Positions 50,123 to 61,929 of a stretch of DNA of 64,000 nucleotides are shown piece after piece (the first letter of the stretch is position 1; every line of letters begins with the position of its first letter). The notes under the pieces were generated by a model. That model saw only the letters and a program-made list of their open reading frames with translations. It was not told the DNA's origin and did no database searches. This DNA comes from Macrostomum lignano. Taxonomy: Eukaryota. The position numbers and the translations under genes are program-made. The stretch lies in contig NIVC01000224.1 of the NCBI GenBank assembly GCA_002269645.1, forward strand, positions 186,001-250,000. The letters are read 5' to 3'.

Positions 50123-53084
50123 TTAGAAGATTTTAAATTGTCCATCATCCAGCTCTCGCTGATCTTCGGACCAGTTTGATCCACTTGATTCGGTTTCGTC
50201 ATCAGATTCGAGAGAGCAGTCAGTGCGGTAGTTGGTTTTTGACTTTGCTGAACGGGGGCGATGGTTGTTCCGCTTTCGAGGCTGAGAATCCAACTGAATA
50301 CTCGCTCGCTTTCTGGATTGGGAGCTCGGCTTTGCTGTCGCCGCTGGCGGCACTTCTCCCGCTGATAGTCGCGATGGTGTCTGTGACATTGGAAAGAAAA
50401 CAAAAAATTACTGCATGCACATTTTATCTTACTGATAGTAGTATTTAATGCTTAGCAATCATAGTATTCATCGTTCATTATTCAGTTTAGATACGTTTTT
50501 ACTCACTAGGGAAAAAGAAGATGAATGGCTGTGTCTTTGCACGGCGCTGCCAGAAGCGGGACTTTGAGTCGCTGCCACCAAAGACCGTCTTTGCACGGCG
50601 CTGCCAGAAGCGGGACTTTGAGTCGCTGCCACCAGAGATCGTCTTTGCACAGCGCTGCCAGAAGCGGGACTTTGAGTCGCTGCCACCAAAGACCGTCTTT
50701 GCACGGCGCTGCCAGAAGCGGGGCTTGGAGTCGCTGCCACCAGAGACTGTCTTTTTACGGCGCTGCCAGAAGCGGGGCTTGGAGTCGCTGCCACCAGAGA
50801 CTGTCTTTGTACGGCGCTGCCAGAAGCGGGACTTTGAGTCGCTGCCACCAGAGACTGTCTTTGTACGGCGCTGCCAGAAGCGGGGCTTGGAGTCGCTGCC
50901 ACCAGAGACTGTCTTTGTACGGCGCTGCCAGAAGCGGGGCTTGGAGTCGCTGCCACCAGAGACTGTCTTTGTACGGCGCTGCCAGAAGCGGGACTTTGAG
51001 TCGCTGCCACCAGAGACTGTCTTTGTACGGCGCTGCCAGAAGCGGGGCTTGGAGTCGCTGCCACCAGAGACTGTCTTTGTACGGCGCTGTCAGAAGCGGG
51101 GCTTTGAGTCTGGACTCCGGAAAGCAGCTGGCTTCCTGTGCGATGCGACCGCCCCTTTAATCGGTCACCGCCATGCTTTAGCTGCTGTCTGCAAGTATTT
51201 CTTACAGATTGTTCAGAGGGCCTGCCGGCTTCAGCGGTCGCGCCATAGATGAATGTGATTGCTTCTGTTAGGAAAAAAGTTGAAAGTTACTATGAATAGC
51301 ATGCACTGTGCTCGACTAATTTCTTGATATTTAGCTCTAAAAGTCTCATTGAACGTTGATTAAGTAGACTTACTTTGGAAATGGCTGAGCAGAGTGCTCT
51401 GAAATCCAAGCTGCGCATCAGTAAGGTTGGTCGCAACTCCAGCAGCAACAGCTCGGCTTCGCATGTCTGACCCGATTAAATTAATAACCGCCTGCATCTC
51501 TTTCGACAAGCTCTCGTTAAGCATTGCCATTAAAGCATCGGACCACTTGTCTCGCTTGCATGAACGTAGCAGGCTCTTCTGTTTAGATTTTTACAGGTGA
51601 GAATACTTATAGATTATTATTTCAGTGATAGTACTAGTGCGCTTTGAGTAGTAGTTAGAGCATTTCTTCTAATGAAAAGAAAATAAAAAACTCTGTCATG
51701 AACTTACCAAAGTAGAAATATGTTCATTTGGACTGGAAGCGAATTGCACATATTTTTCCCAGGAGTTGATCGGCCAGAATGAAGGCTCAGAATTATCAGT
51801 TGGAATGTCAGCGCCAACAGGTTCCAAAAAGCGTAGCACGCTCTGCACTTCAGTGCGCATTGCGGTGATTTGTTTGGTCAAACTATTTTCTAATGCTTTC
51901 AATTCATTCTTGCGCATAGTAAGTTCGCGTAGGGCATATAAGGACAGAAACTTGATGCCTCTTGGACTTTCCAGCTCAAAGCTAACACCGGCTTGGATCT
52001 GCTCTTCTAGTTTTCTAAGAAAGCCAGAACCAAAATTAAAAGATGAAATGGTGGGAGGCGACTTAGGAATCGTCGATCGATCATCTGCTACGAACTCAGC
52101 TTCTATTTCAGCTTCCGCCTCAGCTTCCACCTCAGCTCCCATCTCAGCTTCCACCTCAGCTTCCGCCTCAGCTTCCGCCTCAGCTCCCATCTCAGCTTCC
52201 ACCTCAGCTCCGATCTCAGCTTCCACCTCATCTTCCGCTTCAGCTTCCGCCTCAGCTTCCACTTCAGCTTCCGCCTCAGCTTCCACTTCAGCTTCCGCCT
52301 CAGCTTCCGCCTCAGCTTCCATATCGGCGTCTACGCCAGCTTCTGCTTCATCATCACTAATAGGAGGCATTGGCGCTAACTGTGCAATCGTAGGCGGATG
52401 TTGTTTAGGCAGCAAAGCTGGAGGTTGCAAACAGCGGCTGCTCTTATCTTCGAAGATTGCCTCGGAATCGGTGGCTGAGCCGTCTGACAGATTCTGTTTG
52501 GGATGGTTACGGCATGAGAAATTATCAAGTTAATGTCAGTTTTAAAGATTATTTTCACATTTAATTTCTTCCCTTTTCTTAAAAAATAGTTTAAAAGGTA
52601 AAACGGAGAAAACAAAGTTCTCGATAAAAATTATATGGGCTGTGCTTAATTTTACCTTAGTCTGGTAATGCCTTCGTGCTTTCTTCATGTCACGCTCCTG
52701 AAAGACTCTGGGTTGAACCAACTCGAGAATTCGGTTCAGTCGGGTCTTTTTGGCCACCAATTCACGCACAAAGCGGAAGCTCCCAGGCTCTAGGTTGTTG
52801 CTTAGTATTACCTTTAAATTAATGAGAAAATATGAGCGTACAAATATTAGATCGATTCAAGAATTTTAACATTTCAATCGTTGGGATCGGTTGCTTACCT
52901 GAATAATTAGAGCAGAGTAAAAACAGCCTTCATACAAGGCTTCACACTTCCACTTCTCAGTGGAGTCCCTCTTTTCTAACCATTCCTCTTCCTTAAGGTT
53001 TTGAAAGCCTTCAGGAAGCTTCACTTCGCTTTCCGAGACCTCAACAATTTGACGGTCGTCTTTAAAGATCACTAAAAACTTCAT
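50123..53084 (-). CDS. EnSpm accessory protein (782 aa), DUF4806/BEN-like domain plus repeats. Exons 53084-52899, 52811-52656, 52493-51708, 51578-51374, 51264-50507, 50380-50123
   Basis: All five introns are GT..AG with consistent phases (0,0,0,1,0), giving an open 2349-nt frame. Contains [30 protein letters not shown] and QQLKHGGDR motifs typical of the second ORF of animal EnSpm elements (recalled). Confidence 0.75.
50530..51112 (-). repeat. 54-bp coding tandem repeat, about 10.5 copies ([18 protein letters not shown]), inside exon 5 of the accessory gene
   Basis: 18-aa period, in frame with the spliced ORF. Confidence 0.9.
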
Positions 53085-53448
53085 TGTAGCATGCAGACTA
53101 GACTATGCTAGTGCAAAACTGAGTACCAAATAAAGCAAGAGTTTGGAGCTCACACTATAGTTTATGCTTATTTAATGATTCAGTGGTTTAGGTTGCTTCT
53201 AGAAGCAATTGTCTTCTATAGTTCTTCGAATGAAAAAGGCCGCCCTGGCTTTTCCAATTTCATTGGCCCTACCGTCCCCGCATCCATACCTGTCCAATCA
53301 GCGCGCACAAACCCCCAAAGGAATAGTTTTCAATTCTTCCCAGCTTTTGTTCATATCCTTTCTTTAATACGAAATAAGCAATCGTAGTAATTACTTTATT
53401 ATTATTACAACAGTCAACTATCATCAAAGTCTGATTCGGACGAAAACA

Positions 53449-55476
53449 ATGACAAGGCAATTGAGGCGACAAGCAAATAAGGATTTGCTGGGCTTGTTCA
53501 TGGAAGGAGAACAAGAAGCTTTGGAAGACATCGCACTGCAAGAGAAAAAAAGAAAAGTATTCGAAGCAGATGATTCTGGGAGAGTCGCCGGTTTCATCGC
53601 TTCGGAGTCCTCTGTAGCAGAAGTCAATGAAGGTACGGATCCAGATCTTGACAACGACAATGGCAGCTATCCTGATTTTGACGAGTTCGCGCGAGTTTGC
53701 AGCGATGAAGATGAGGAGATTGACAAGAAAGAGGATGACCGCTCTTTAGAAGATAAAATATTCGCCTTGCTGGTAGTCTACTTTTCTTGTTTCAACCTAA
53801 GTCGTGGATCTAAAAAATTCCTTGTTGATGGTCTAAGAGACATAGGCTTGCCTGCGCCGAAGTCTGTCAACTCTATTGAGGCCGTCATCAATGCTGGCGA
53901 TCCAACGGAAAAATTGGAGCCCATGGGAAAAGGCCATTTTCGCTACATTTCGATTCTGAAAAATCTAGAACTAATGTTTCGCAAAAACCAGCTGCACATG
54001 AAGCCAGAATATCTACAACACGATAGTGAAACTGAGAAGGTTTACAAAATTGAAGCCATCGTTAATTTTGACGGCTTGCCTTTGTACCGAGCAAGCCACT
54101 TCGGTCTTTGGCCCATACTTATGTCTATTCCCAGCATATTCAGCAGACCTTTTCCAGTAGCCGTATGGGCTGGTTGTGGCAAGCCACCTCTGAATGATTA
54201 TCTTCGACAATTTTGCGACGAGGCTAAACGTTTTCTTACGGGTCCAATAAAAATTATCGAAAATTTAAGCATCAGCTTCTCGACTATCCGATTTGTTTGC
54301 GATGCGCCTGCTCGAGCCTGGGTCTCAGTAACTCAAGGGCACATGTCGTACGTCGGTTGCATGTACTGCAGGGCTACTGGACCTTATACCGACAACAGAG
54401 TAACATTTTCAACGAGCGTCGGGGAGTCTCGTAGCAGCCAACAATACCGAGAGGGAAAGGAGTCTAACCAGGAAAATAAAAAAATCGCTCTATCGCCCCT
54501 TCTAAATTTGCCTAACATTAGTTTTGTCGATGCTTTTCCCCCTGACTACCAGCATGCCGTATGCCTTGGAGTCACAAGGAAGCTATTTTACCTATTTTTC
54601 GACAAATCTAATGGCAAGAAGTGTCTCGTCTATCCCGGTCCGATGAGCCTATTGGGCGACCGAATTACTATGGCTGCCGGTTGGACACCTTCAAACTTTC
54701 AACGAAGACCCCGGAAAATCGACTTGGAACTGAAGCACATGAAGGCTACTGAATTCAGACAGTACTTGCTGTACCTAGGACCTGTCCTCTTCAAAGGCAT
54801 TTTAAATGAAGAAAGGTATAACCACTTTCTTTACCTCCATTTCGCCATTTACGCATACTCCAACGAAAGGTACTCCAAGTGGTGGACGCAGGCAAAAACT
54901 TGCATTGAAGTTTTTGTTGAACGGGCTGCCCACCTTTACGGCCAGAAGTTTATAAGTTTCAATCTTCACACTATTCTTCATTTGGATGAGTTTGTCCGAA
55001 AGCTAGGCAGTTTAAACAACTTTTCGACTTTCCCTTTCGAAAACTTTCTTGGATCTGTAAAGCGCCGCGTAAAGGTGACAAGGCACATGGCAGCGCATTC
55101 AGTTAAGCAGGTGCTCAGAGTTCGCGATCTTCTGTTGAATGAGCAGCGAATTCCACCGTTGAAATTCAGCACAAAGCGAGGTGATAATTGTTGCATAATC
55201 GACAAAGTATGCGTCCTAATCGAAGCTGTAAGTGAAGCTAATCAAGTCACTGGCAGGATTTTACACCCAGTTGACAACATCTACGCCAACCCATATCCAT
55301 CTTTGCGTCTGGGAATCGGCTTGTACAGGATGACATCTGGTGTTCTAACTGGCACACCTGAGCGAAAGTGCTGGATTTTGCCTGCGAATCTGCTTGCCAA
55401 TCTTGCTGGAGCGGACAGGGATCCAGCAAGCCATTTTTTTGTCATTCCTCTGACAGGTGACTCCGAGGAGGCCTGA
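53449..55476 (+). CDS. EnSpm/CACTA-type DDE transposase, intact 675 aa
   Basis: NFDGLP, CDAPAR, GH.SY.GC..C, DYQH.VCLGV, KATEFRQYLLY.GP, FNLH..LH and TFPFEN motifs. Confidence 0.9.
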   Translation: MTRQLRRQANKDLLGLFMEGEQEALEDIALQEKKRKVFEADDSGRVAGFIASESSVAEVNEGTDPDLDNDNGSYPDFDEFARVCSDEDEEIDKKEDDRSLEDKIFALLVVYFSCFNLSRGSKKFLVDGLRDIGLPAPKSVNSIEAVINAGDPTEKLEPMGKGHFRYISILKNLELMFRKNQLHMKPEYLQHDSETEKVYKIEAIVNFDGLPLYRASHFGLWPILMSIPSIFSRPFPVAVWAGCGKPPLNDYLRQFCDEAKRFLTGPIKIIENLSISFSTIRFVCDAPARAWVSVTQGHMSYVGCMYCRATGPYTDNRVTFSTSVGESRSSQQYREGKESNQENKKIALSPLLNLPNISFVDAFPPDYQHAVCLGVTRKLFYLFFDKSNGKKCLVYPGPMSLLGDRITMAAGWTPSNFQRRPRKIDLELKHMKATEFRQYLLYLGPVLFKGILNEERYNHFLYLHFAIYAYSNERYSKWWTQAKTCIEVFVERAAHLYGQKFISFNLHTILHLDEFVRKLGSLNNFSTFPFENFLGSVKRRVKVTRHMAAHSVKQVLRVRDLLLNEQRIPPLKFSTKRGDNCCIIDKVCVLIEAVSEANQVTGRILHPVDNIYANPYPSLRLGIGLYRMTSGVLTGTPERKCWILPANLLANLAGADRDPASHFFVIPLTGDSEEA

Positions 55477-56247
55477 TGTAGGACGCGTGAGTCGCAAGTG
55501 AGTACTAAAAATATCTTTCTCTGGTTTTTTATATCAATCCGATTTCCTTCTATCTCGATTCTCGTATTCCCTGTATTCTGCAATTCTGCAATTTCTTCCT
55601 GTATATGTTCTCAGCTTCAACACGCAGACATGATTGTAGATTGTGAGTTAAATATTAGTATATTACGATGCATACTCGATCGCAACTGCCATTTTATCTT
55701 TACTTTTAGGATCCGCAGTTTCACGAGTTTACTACAAGCCTGGCGATCGGTCATTCATGAACTGGAGTTATTTTAGAGACTGATTATATTGATTCTATCT
55801 TTATTGTTTACATTCTTGAACCCTAGAATTAGGTACAGCTTAAAATTCGGTGTTATAGAGGCCGGAGGGGTAATTTAGCTCAAAACTGTGTAGGAGGGGT
55901 GGAGGGGCCGGAAACTTAGTGGGAGGTGATGCCGCTGTATGTGGCTGAAATGGGGGATTTATTTTCTTAAACCCCAGTATACGAGTATGAAATACTAATG
56001 GTATTGTATACAGTATTCCTACCTCCAATTCAAGCCAACAGAATTTTTGTAATATTTTACTTATCCCATTGATAATAATCAACTAGCTGCACAACTGTAA
56101 TTTCCATCTGTTACCATCTGGTTTTACTTTTAAGCACATATAAAATGCTATGAATATTTTCTTTCTTTTGCTGGCACCTATTTTAGGTCAGATCGAATCA
56201 ATACTTTCCGTATCAAAGTATTTATGTGTTTATGCTAGGTTGTAACT

Positions 56248-56278
<31 letters not shown>

Positions 56279-57158
56279 CAGACCTTGTCAAGCCTCGCAC
56301 GAAATTCGTCTTTGTTCTTCCTTTATCTTTGGTGCAATATGGGAATAGAAAAAACTTGATGACCTGCACTGATAAGGAGTCAGGACAGTTTGTTTGTTTC
56401 GCATAGGTTCGCTTAAGCAGGCAAGAACGGTACAACGTAGAAATTCCCATATCACTTCTCTAGCCTTTCTTCTAACCCCCCCCCCACCCAACTGAAATGA
56501 ATTGGCCAAAATTAGCTGTCACCTCTAGGTTAAAATAATTCCTTGCATTGCCCTGTCATTACGGGTTATTGCCACTGGCCAGGAAATTCAAAACATTTTT
56601 CTAAGAGCAACTCAAAATGAGTAAGCTTTATACAGGCTATAATTGATGAGAGATTTCTGTTAATGAGAGATAAAGCCCACACGGGTTTTATTGATGTCGG
56701 GTTGTAAAAGACGATCGCAAATAGAGAACAATATAGCGAGAATATTCAAGCTGGCGGACGTGCGCCGAGCTATAATTTTCTGTTAACTCGGGGATTCAGT
56801 AAGACTAGAATAATTGAGTGGCAAAAACTGTCATGAGAACGCAAAGGCACTTTGAAACCTTTATGATTCAGTGGATTTATTCATCCGGAAAAATGACAAG
56901 GCGGGGGTTAGATTGTTATTTATTCATGACCTGTCCCATTTGAGCTCTGACCGCCTCTGAATATGAAAACTGAGAAAATATCTATGTCTATGTATCCCTC
57001 CTTATCAAAATGTGACTGAGTGACTGTGCCCTACTCGTAATCGGGGAGATAAATGAAGGGGAGACAGGGGAGACAGTCTCCTATCTCCAATCTCCCATGT
57101 CTCTTATTTGCCATTATGCAGTTAACTGGGCCCGTCATGCATAGCCTACTGCAGGCTG

Positions 57159-57230
57159 CAGGGGTCAGCAAACTCCAGCCCACGGGCCACATGCGGCCCG
57201 CAGTCTCTCTATCCAGCCCTCGGGTCCTTT
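57159..57230 (+). mobile_element. hAT/Charlie-like terminal fragment
   Basis: CAGGGGTCAGCAAACT...CGGGCCACATGCGGCCCG resembles Charlie-type ends; the other end was not found. Confidence 0.55.
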
Positions 57231-57360
57231 CTAACTTCCCATGCCAATAACAATCCAGCCCGCTCAAGGTTTGCATCTCTTCTCAGCTTTTTTGCTAATT
57301 TCTTCTCCTTTTCTCATCAAAATCTCCCCTCTCTCCTCCTTTCCCCTCTTTCCTTGCTCC

Positions 57361-57514
57361 CAGTGGCGCAACCAGGGGGGGGGGGGGGGGGGGGGGGGGC
57401 CCCCCCCTTAGGCGGAGACCCAGAAAAAATTGAAGGGGGGACCAAGCGAATTTTCGCCAAAAACAGAGCCTCCCCTCCGCCCCCTCCCTCAAAAAATTTC
57501 TGGTTGCCCTACTG
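57361..57514. mobile_element. hAT-type MITE (154 bp)
   Basis: 15-bp TIR (13/15 match) CAGTGGCGCAACCAG and a perfect 8-bp TSD CTTGCTCC. Confidence 0.88.
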
Positions 57515-57851
57515 CTTGCTCCCTTCCTCTGACATCTCTCCTTTCGCCTCTCTCCTCTCTCCCTTTATCTCCCTTCTTTCTCTCATCTCGCCTCTCTCCT
57601 CTCTTCCCTCCTCTCACATCTCACATCTCTCCCCTCTCCCCTCCACTCTCCTCCTTCTGGCCCGCAGTCTTGAGCTAGATTCTCTATCTGGCACTTAAAG
57701 TAAAATAGTTAGCCAATCCCTCGCAAGGAATTTCGATCATTACAATGAGCAAAAGTTGACATTAACAAAATTTTGGCGGGCGCGTTGTGCCAAGCCTGAA
57801 CAGCTTCTCTAGACAGCACTCTGTGCTCTCCAGAATTACTTGAACTGTTAG

Positions 57852-57970
57852 CAGTGGCGCAAGCAGAATTTCTTATGTGGGGGGGGGGCGGATTCTGAAG
57901 GGTAAAGACCCAAGGGGGGCGGAGGGGTGGCTCTGTATTTTGGCAAAAATGCGCTTGGTCCCCCTTTAAT
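57852..57970. mobile_element. Truncated, inverted second copy of the 57361 MITE family
   Basis: Same terminus; internal part is the reverse complement of 57433-57480. Confidence 0.7.
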
Positions 57971-58390
57971 ACAGCTTGGCAAACCTGATTGATTTTCCGG
58001 GATTTCCCCTGTCCTAGTTGTATTTCTCTAAAATTCTGGAAGATAAATCGAGATTCTAGATAATAGCTGCATCTAAGATTAGTTTGTTTTGCTATCGCAT
58101 TGTACCGTACAATTAATTATTGAAAATTTTAAACCTTTGCTGGCATACGCATATGTTATCTTTGACCTTACCTGTTGTTTAATAGGTAAATTATTACTGT
58201 ATGGAGGTACATGTAGATATAGGCATTTTGACTGTCAACTGTCCACCCCATACAAGCATACGGCTTTCAAATAATTATGCAACCTTGTGCAAGGGTATGC
58301 CGCCTACTTACATGTAAAACTTTGAAATGAGTATTTATTTACGCCACTATCCAAGGGGGGGGGGCGCGGCCGCGGGAGACCGACAGCGGA

Positions 58391-58984
58391 GACCGCCACA
58401 ATTTGCCCGCCAGACAATTTGCCCGCCAGACAATTTGCCCGCCAGACAATTTGCCCGCCAGACAATTTGCCCGCCAGACAATTTGCCCGCCAGACAATTT
58501 GCCCGCCAGACAATTTGCCCGCCAGACAATTTGCCCGCCAGACAATTTGCCCGCCAGACAATTTGCCCGCCAGACAATTTGCCCGCCAGACAATTTGCCC
58601 GCCAGACAATTTGCCCGCCAGACAATTTGCCCGCCAGACAATTTGCCCGCCAGACAATTTGCCCGCCAGACAATTTGCCCGCCAGACAATTTGCCCGCCA
58701 GACAATTTGCCCGCCAGACAATTTGCCCGCCAGACAATTTGCCCGCCAGACAATTTGCCCGCCAGACAATTTGCCCGCCAGACAATTTGCCCGCCAGACA
58801 ATTTGCCCGCCAGACAATTTGCCCGCCAGACAATTTGCCCGCCAGACAATTTGCCCGCCAGACAATTTGCCCGCCAGACAATTTGCCCGCCAGACAATTT
58901 GCCCGCCAGACAATTTGCCCGCCAGACAATTTGCCCGCCGCCCTATTTCACCTTGAAAAGAACGGCGATCAAATTGTGGCGGTC
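58391..58984. mobile_element. Foldback-like element with a 16-bp satellite (ACAATTTGCCCGCCAG, about 34 copies)
   Basis: Perfect 15-bp inverted repeat GACCGCCACAATTTG at 58391-58405 and 58970-58984. Confidence 0.7.
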
Positions 58985-61479
58985 AAATGTACTCGTAGAT
59001 GTAGTAGACCCGGCGGCCGCCCCCTTTGCCATGGCTGGACTTGCATATAAGGGGGGTAAATTTTGAGCTTACTTTGGCTTTTTAGACCAAAACAAAAATT
59101 TGGGCAAATCTGCCCCCACTACTTTAAAAATCCTGAATTGACCACCAAATCGGACTCATCTAAATGAAAACTTAAGAATACAAGCAACATTGTACATGCG
59201 CTAGTGCTTAAGTAGTGGAGTATTAAAAAATATATTTTTTGTTGCGTTGATTTCGAAGATCAAAAGGTATTACTTATAAGTAGGTAGGCTAAAACGCACA
59301 CTTTTGCGTTCACATCCAATTTCTGAAGTGTATGAAACTCAGAAAAATTTGCACGAGTCGCCTATACCCCACTTTGGAGCTTGCAGCAATTTTTCAAAGA
59401 GATGGCTGCTCAAAGGGTTAAAAGTTCAAGTTAGCTGTAGTATGAGGATTGGTCAATGCAAATAAATAATGAGCTCATTATACAAGAAAATAATTAATAA
59501 GGATATCAATAGTTCGCCCCACTGTCCACTGCACGTACTGAAAGGCGTACTGTCAGGTTCGAGCACAAAAACACCCGAAACTAAAAAAATCAACTTTAAA
59601 AATTCTGCTCTTTACATAATTTCCTCACAAAAATATTTCATACGTACAAAGAAGAAAACCTACAAACTTTTATCTTGCGGGATGGGGCGTACCCTTGAGG
59701 GCCGCCGGGGCGCCGGCCTAGAGGGTACGCCCCAATTTTTCTAACCACTGGGTTATTTCTCGCCACGGCCCCTCTGCCTGGGCCAGCCTGCTCACACACT
59801 TACTTGACTGTCTCACGCCACGACCGACGCCAAACTCGCCACTACGTTTCACTGCCTTCACTGTGCTCATAGCCACTGCTCACGTCACGTCGCCATTGTG
59901 TCATTCGCCTGCCACTTGACTTCATATCCAAATTATATTCAACCCATTGTTGCAGCCGCCAGTGCCCAGAAAGCTATAGTCTGTTTATTGCCAGTAACAA
60001 CCAAACTTAATACTGATATTAACAATAAAGACAACTACGGAAGTTCCTGCCTTTATCGCCAAGTGCTCTGCTACACCATCCACTTCGCCTAAGTTGACTT
60101 CAACTTATTTTGGGACTAAAACGGCCCTTTTAAGGGTCACGGCCAACATCAAATAACGTGACACTACCGTACCGATAATAGCCTATTCAGTTCAATTAAG
60201 TAGTGAGATTAAAGGAACAAATCATAGTAGAAAATTCATCTGTACTGTTTTAAGTGATTAGCAATAGAGTTGAATATAGCTCTAGTAAAAATTAAGTAGA
60301 AAGCGATATCACGCACCTGCAACAGACTATTTGGAATAATTTGCTACATTGTGTTTTGGAGCAATTAGTGCAATATGCCATACTGACTAAGGCAATACTA
60401 AATACAATATAAGTATTGCAATTATCAGTAAAATTTTATATCAAGTAATAATTAAAGAGTGATGACATGAGCTACTCGTAAAAAGCGTACCACGATTAAA
60501 GATTTTATGCAAATAATTTTCTATGCCTGCATTTGTTCAGTTTCAAGGATAAAAAATTGTGAATATTCCATAATTTTTTTACAAATATTTACTTCATTTA
60601 TGCATGCAGACTAGAGTGAAAAACTTTTATCATTTGGAACGCCTCTAAATATTGTACCATAAATTGTTTCGTTTAAATATCATAATTTACATAAAAAGCT
60701 TACATAATATGTAAGCTTATGTAAGCTATGCATGTAATATGTAATAATATGTAATAATATGTAAGCTATAAGTAAGCATATTTAAGCTTACATAAAAAAA
60801 CAAGATAGACTTTCGTAATAGTTCATAGTTTAATGATAAGTAATTTAAAAACACAAAGCTTACACATAGGATTTTATCCAATTTCGATTTTATCTGTTCA
60901 AAATGGAAACTTGTACATGTAGTTTACCCGAGAGTAAGAATTGTATATAAAATTTGTTGGTATATAACAAAGTAATTTTTAATAATGTTTGTATAGCCAC
61001 ATTTTAAAACTGTTTTCTGCCCATTAGAAATAAAGAACTAGATCAAACTGGTTGAAGTCAAAGTTGAAAAGTATAACGCTTTCCTGACTAAATTAATTAC
61101 CAGCTCCAACTTTAATTTTAGGAATAAAAATGAAATGCGTTTGACATCATAATTTCAATAGTTTTCAATTTCAATAGCTTAAACACAGCGACTAATTCAA
61201 TCCATTCAAAAGTGGAATATAATTAGGGCAAAGAGTTTTTTACTTTAATAATTTGGTTCATAATCATTGCTGAATGCAGTTCAAATAGTGTAGGTCTACT
61301 TATTACTACTATATGACTAGGCCTGGCCGATATCTTTTTGTTTTTGTATGACATTCTAGGTAAGCCTATAGATATCAAGGACGACTGAAGTAATCTACTT
61401 AAGTAGTCCTTAATAGATATTTGAAAATTTTAATTCAATTTCAAAAGGAAGGCTACCAATGGATTCAGCAAGCAAAAGA

Positions 61480-61725
61480 GATTATCGCTCTTAGAAGATA
61501 AAATATTTGTAATGCTTAGTCTACTTTTCTTATTTTTGCCTTAGCAGTTGATCAATAAAGGTCCTTGTTGATGGCCTGAGAAACATGATGTGCTTGCCTG
61601 CTCCGAAGAAGTCGCAGTCTGTCAACACTATTGAGGCTGTCATCATGCTAGCGATCCAAAAAAATCTGGAGTCCATGGGGAAAGGTTATTTTTGCTAAAT
61701 TTTTATTCTGAAAAAACCTACTGGT
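61480..61725 (+). pseudogene. Decayed fragment of a related EnSpm transposase N-terminus
   Basis: Nucleotide-colinear with 53730-53970, with indels. Confidence 0.8.
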
Positions 61726-61929
61726 TACGTTCTAAAAACCGTCCAATGAGTTGGCAATGTGGATTGTACATTTGAATGAAATTTGATGAGATCGACTTTT
61801 GAGTACATGTTACATACATACATACGAGTACATATAAAACAGTATGATAGCTGTAGCTTAAACTTCTCCATAAGTGCTATACGTGCAGATGAATTTCTCT
61901 TTCATATTCCTCTTTCTTTATAACAATTT

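Larger units (their letters stand above)
49544..59752. mobile_element. Apparently complete EnSpm/CACTA (CMC) DNA transposon, 10.2 kb
   Basis: CCCAGTGG...CCACTGGG termini, TT/TT 2-bp TSD, shared subterminal motifs GGTACGCCC and GGGGCGCCGGCCT at both ends (49560, 49635; 59684-59733). Encloses a transposase and a second gene. Confidence 0.8.
42602..60163 (+). mobile_element. Non-autonomous LTR retroelement: 5'-truncated 5' LTR 42602-42850, PBS 42857-42873, PPT 45710-45723, 3' LTR 45724-46060 + 49463-49543 + 59755-60163
   Basis: 249-bp direct repeat (42602-42850 vs 59915-60163, 3 mismatches) ending GTGACA. TGGAGGTCCCACCGAGA is complementary to the tRNA-Gln 3' end. GGAAGGGAGGCGGG lies immediately before TGTGACG. 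No pol ORF. Confidence 0.78.

Noticed and set aside
51766-52533. 255-aa plus-strand SASASA ORF, and the plus-strand 50521/50525 ORFs
   Set aside because: Antisense shadows of the spliced minus-strand accessory gene.
58304-59066. Multiple ~200-aa periodic ORFs
   Set aside because: Products of the 16-bp array.
59684-59744. GC hairpin as a Helitron 3' end
   Set aside because: No CTRR|T junction. It is better explained as inverted EnSpm subterminal motifs just inside the CCACTGGG terminus.
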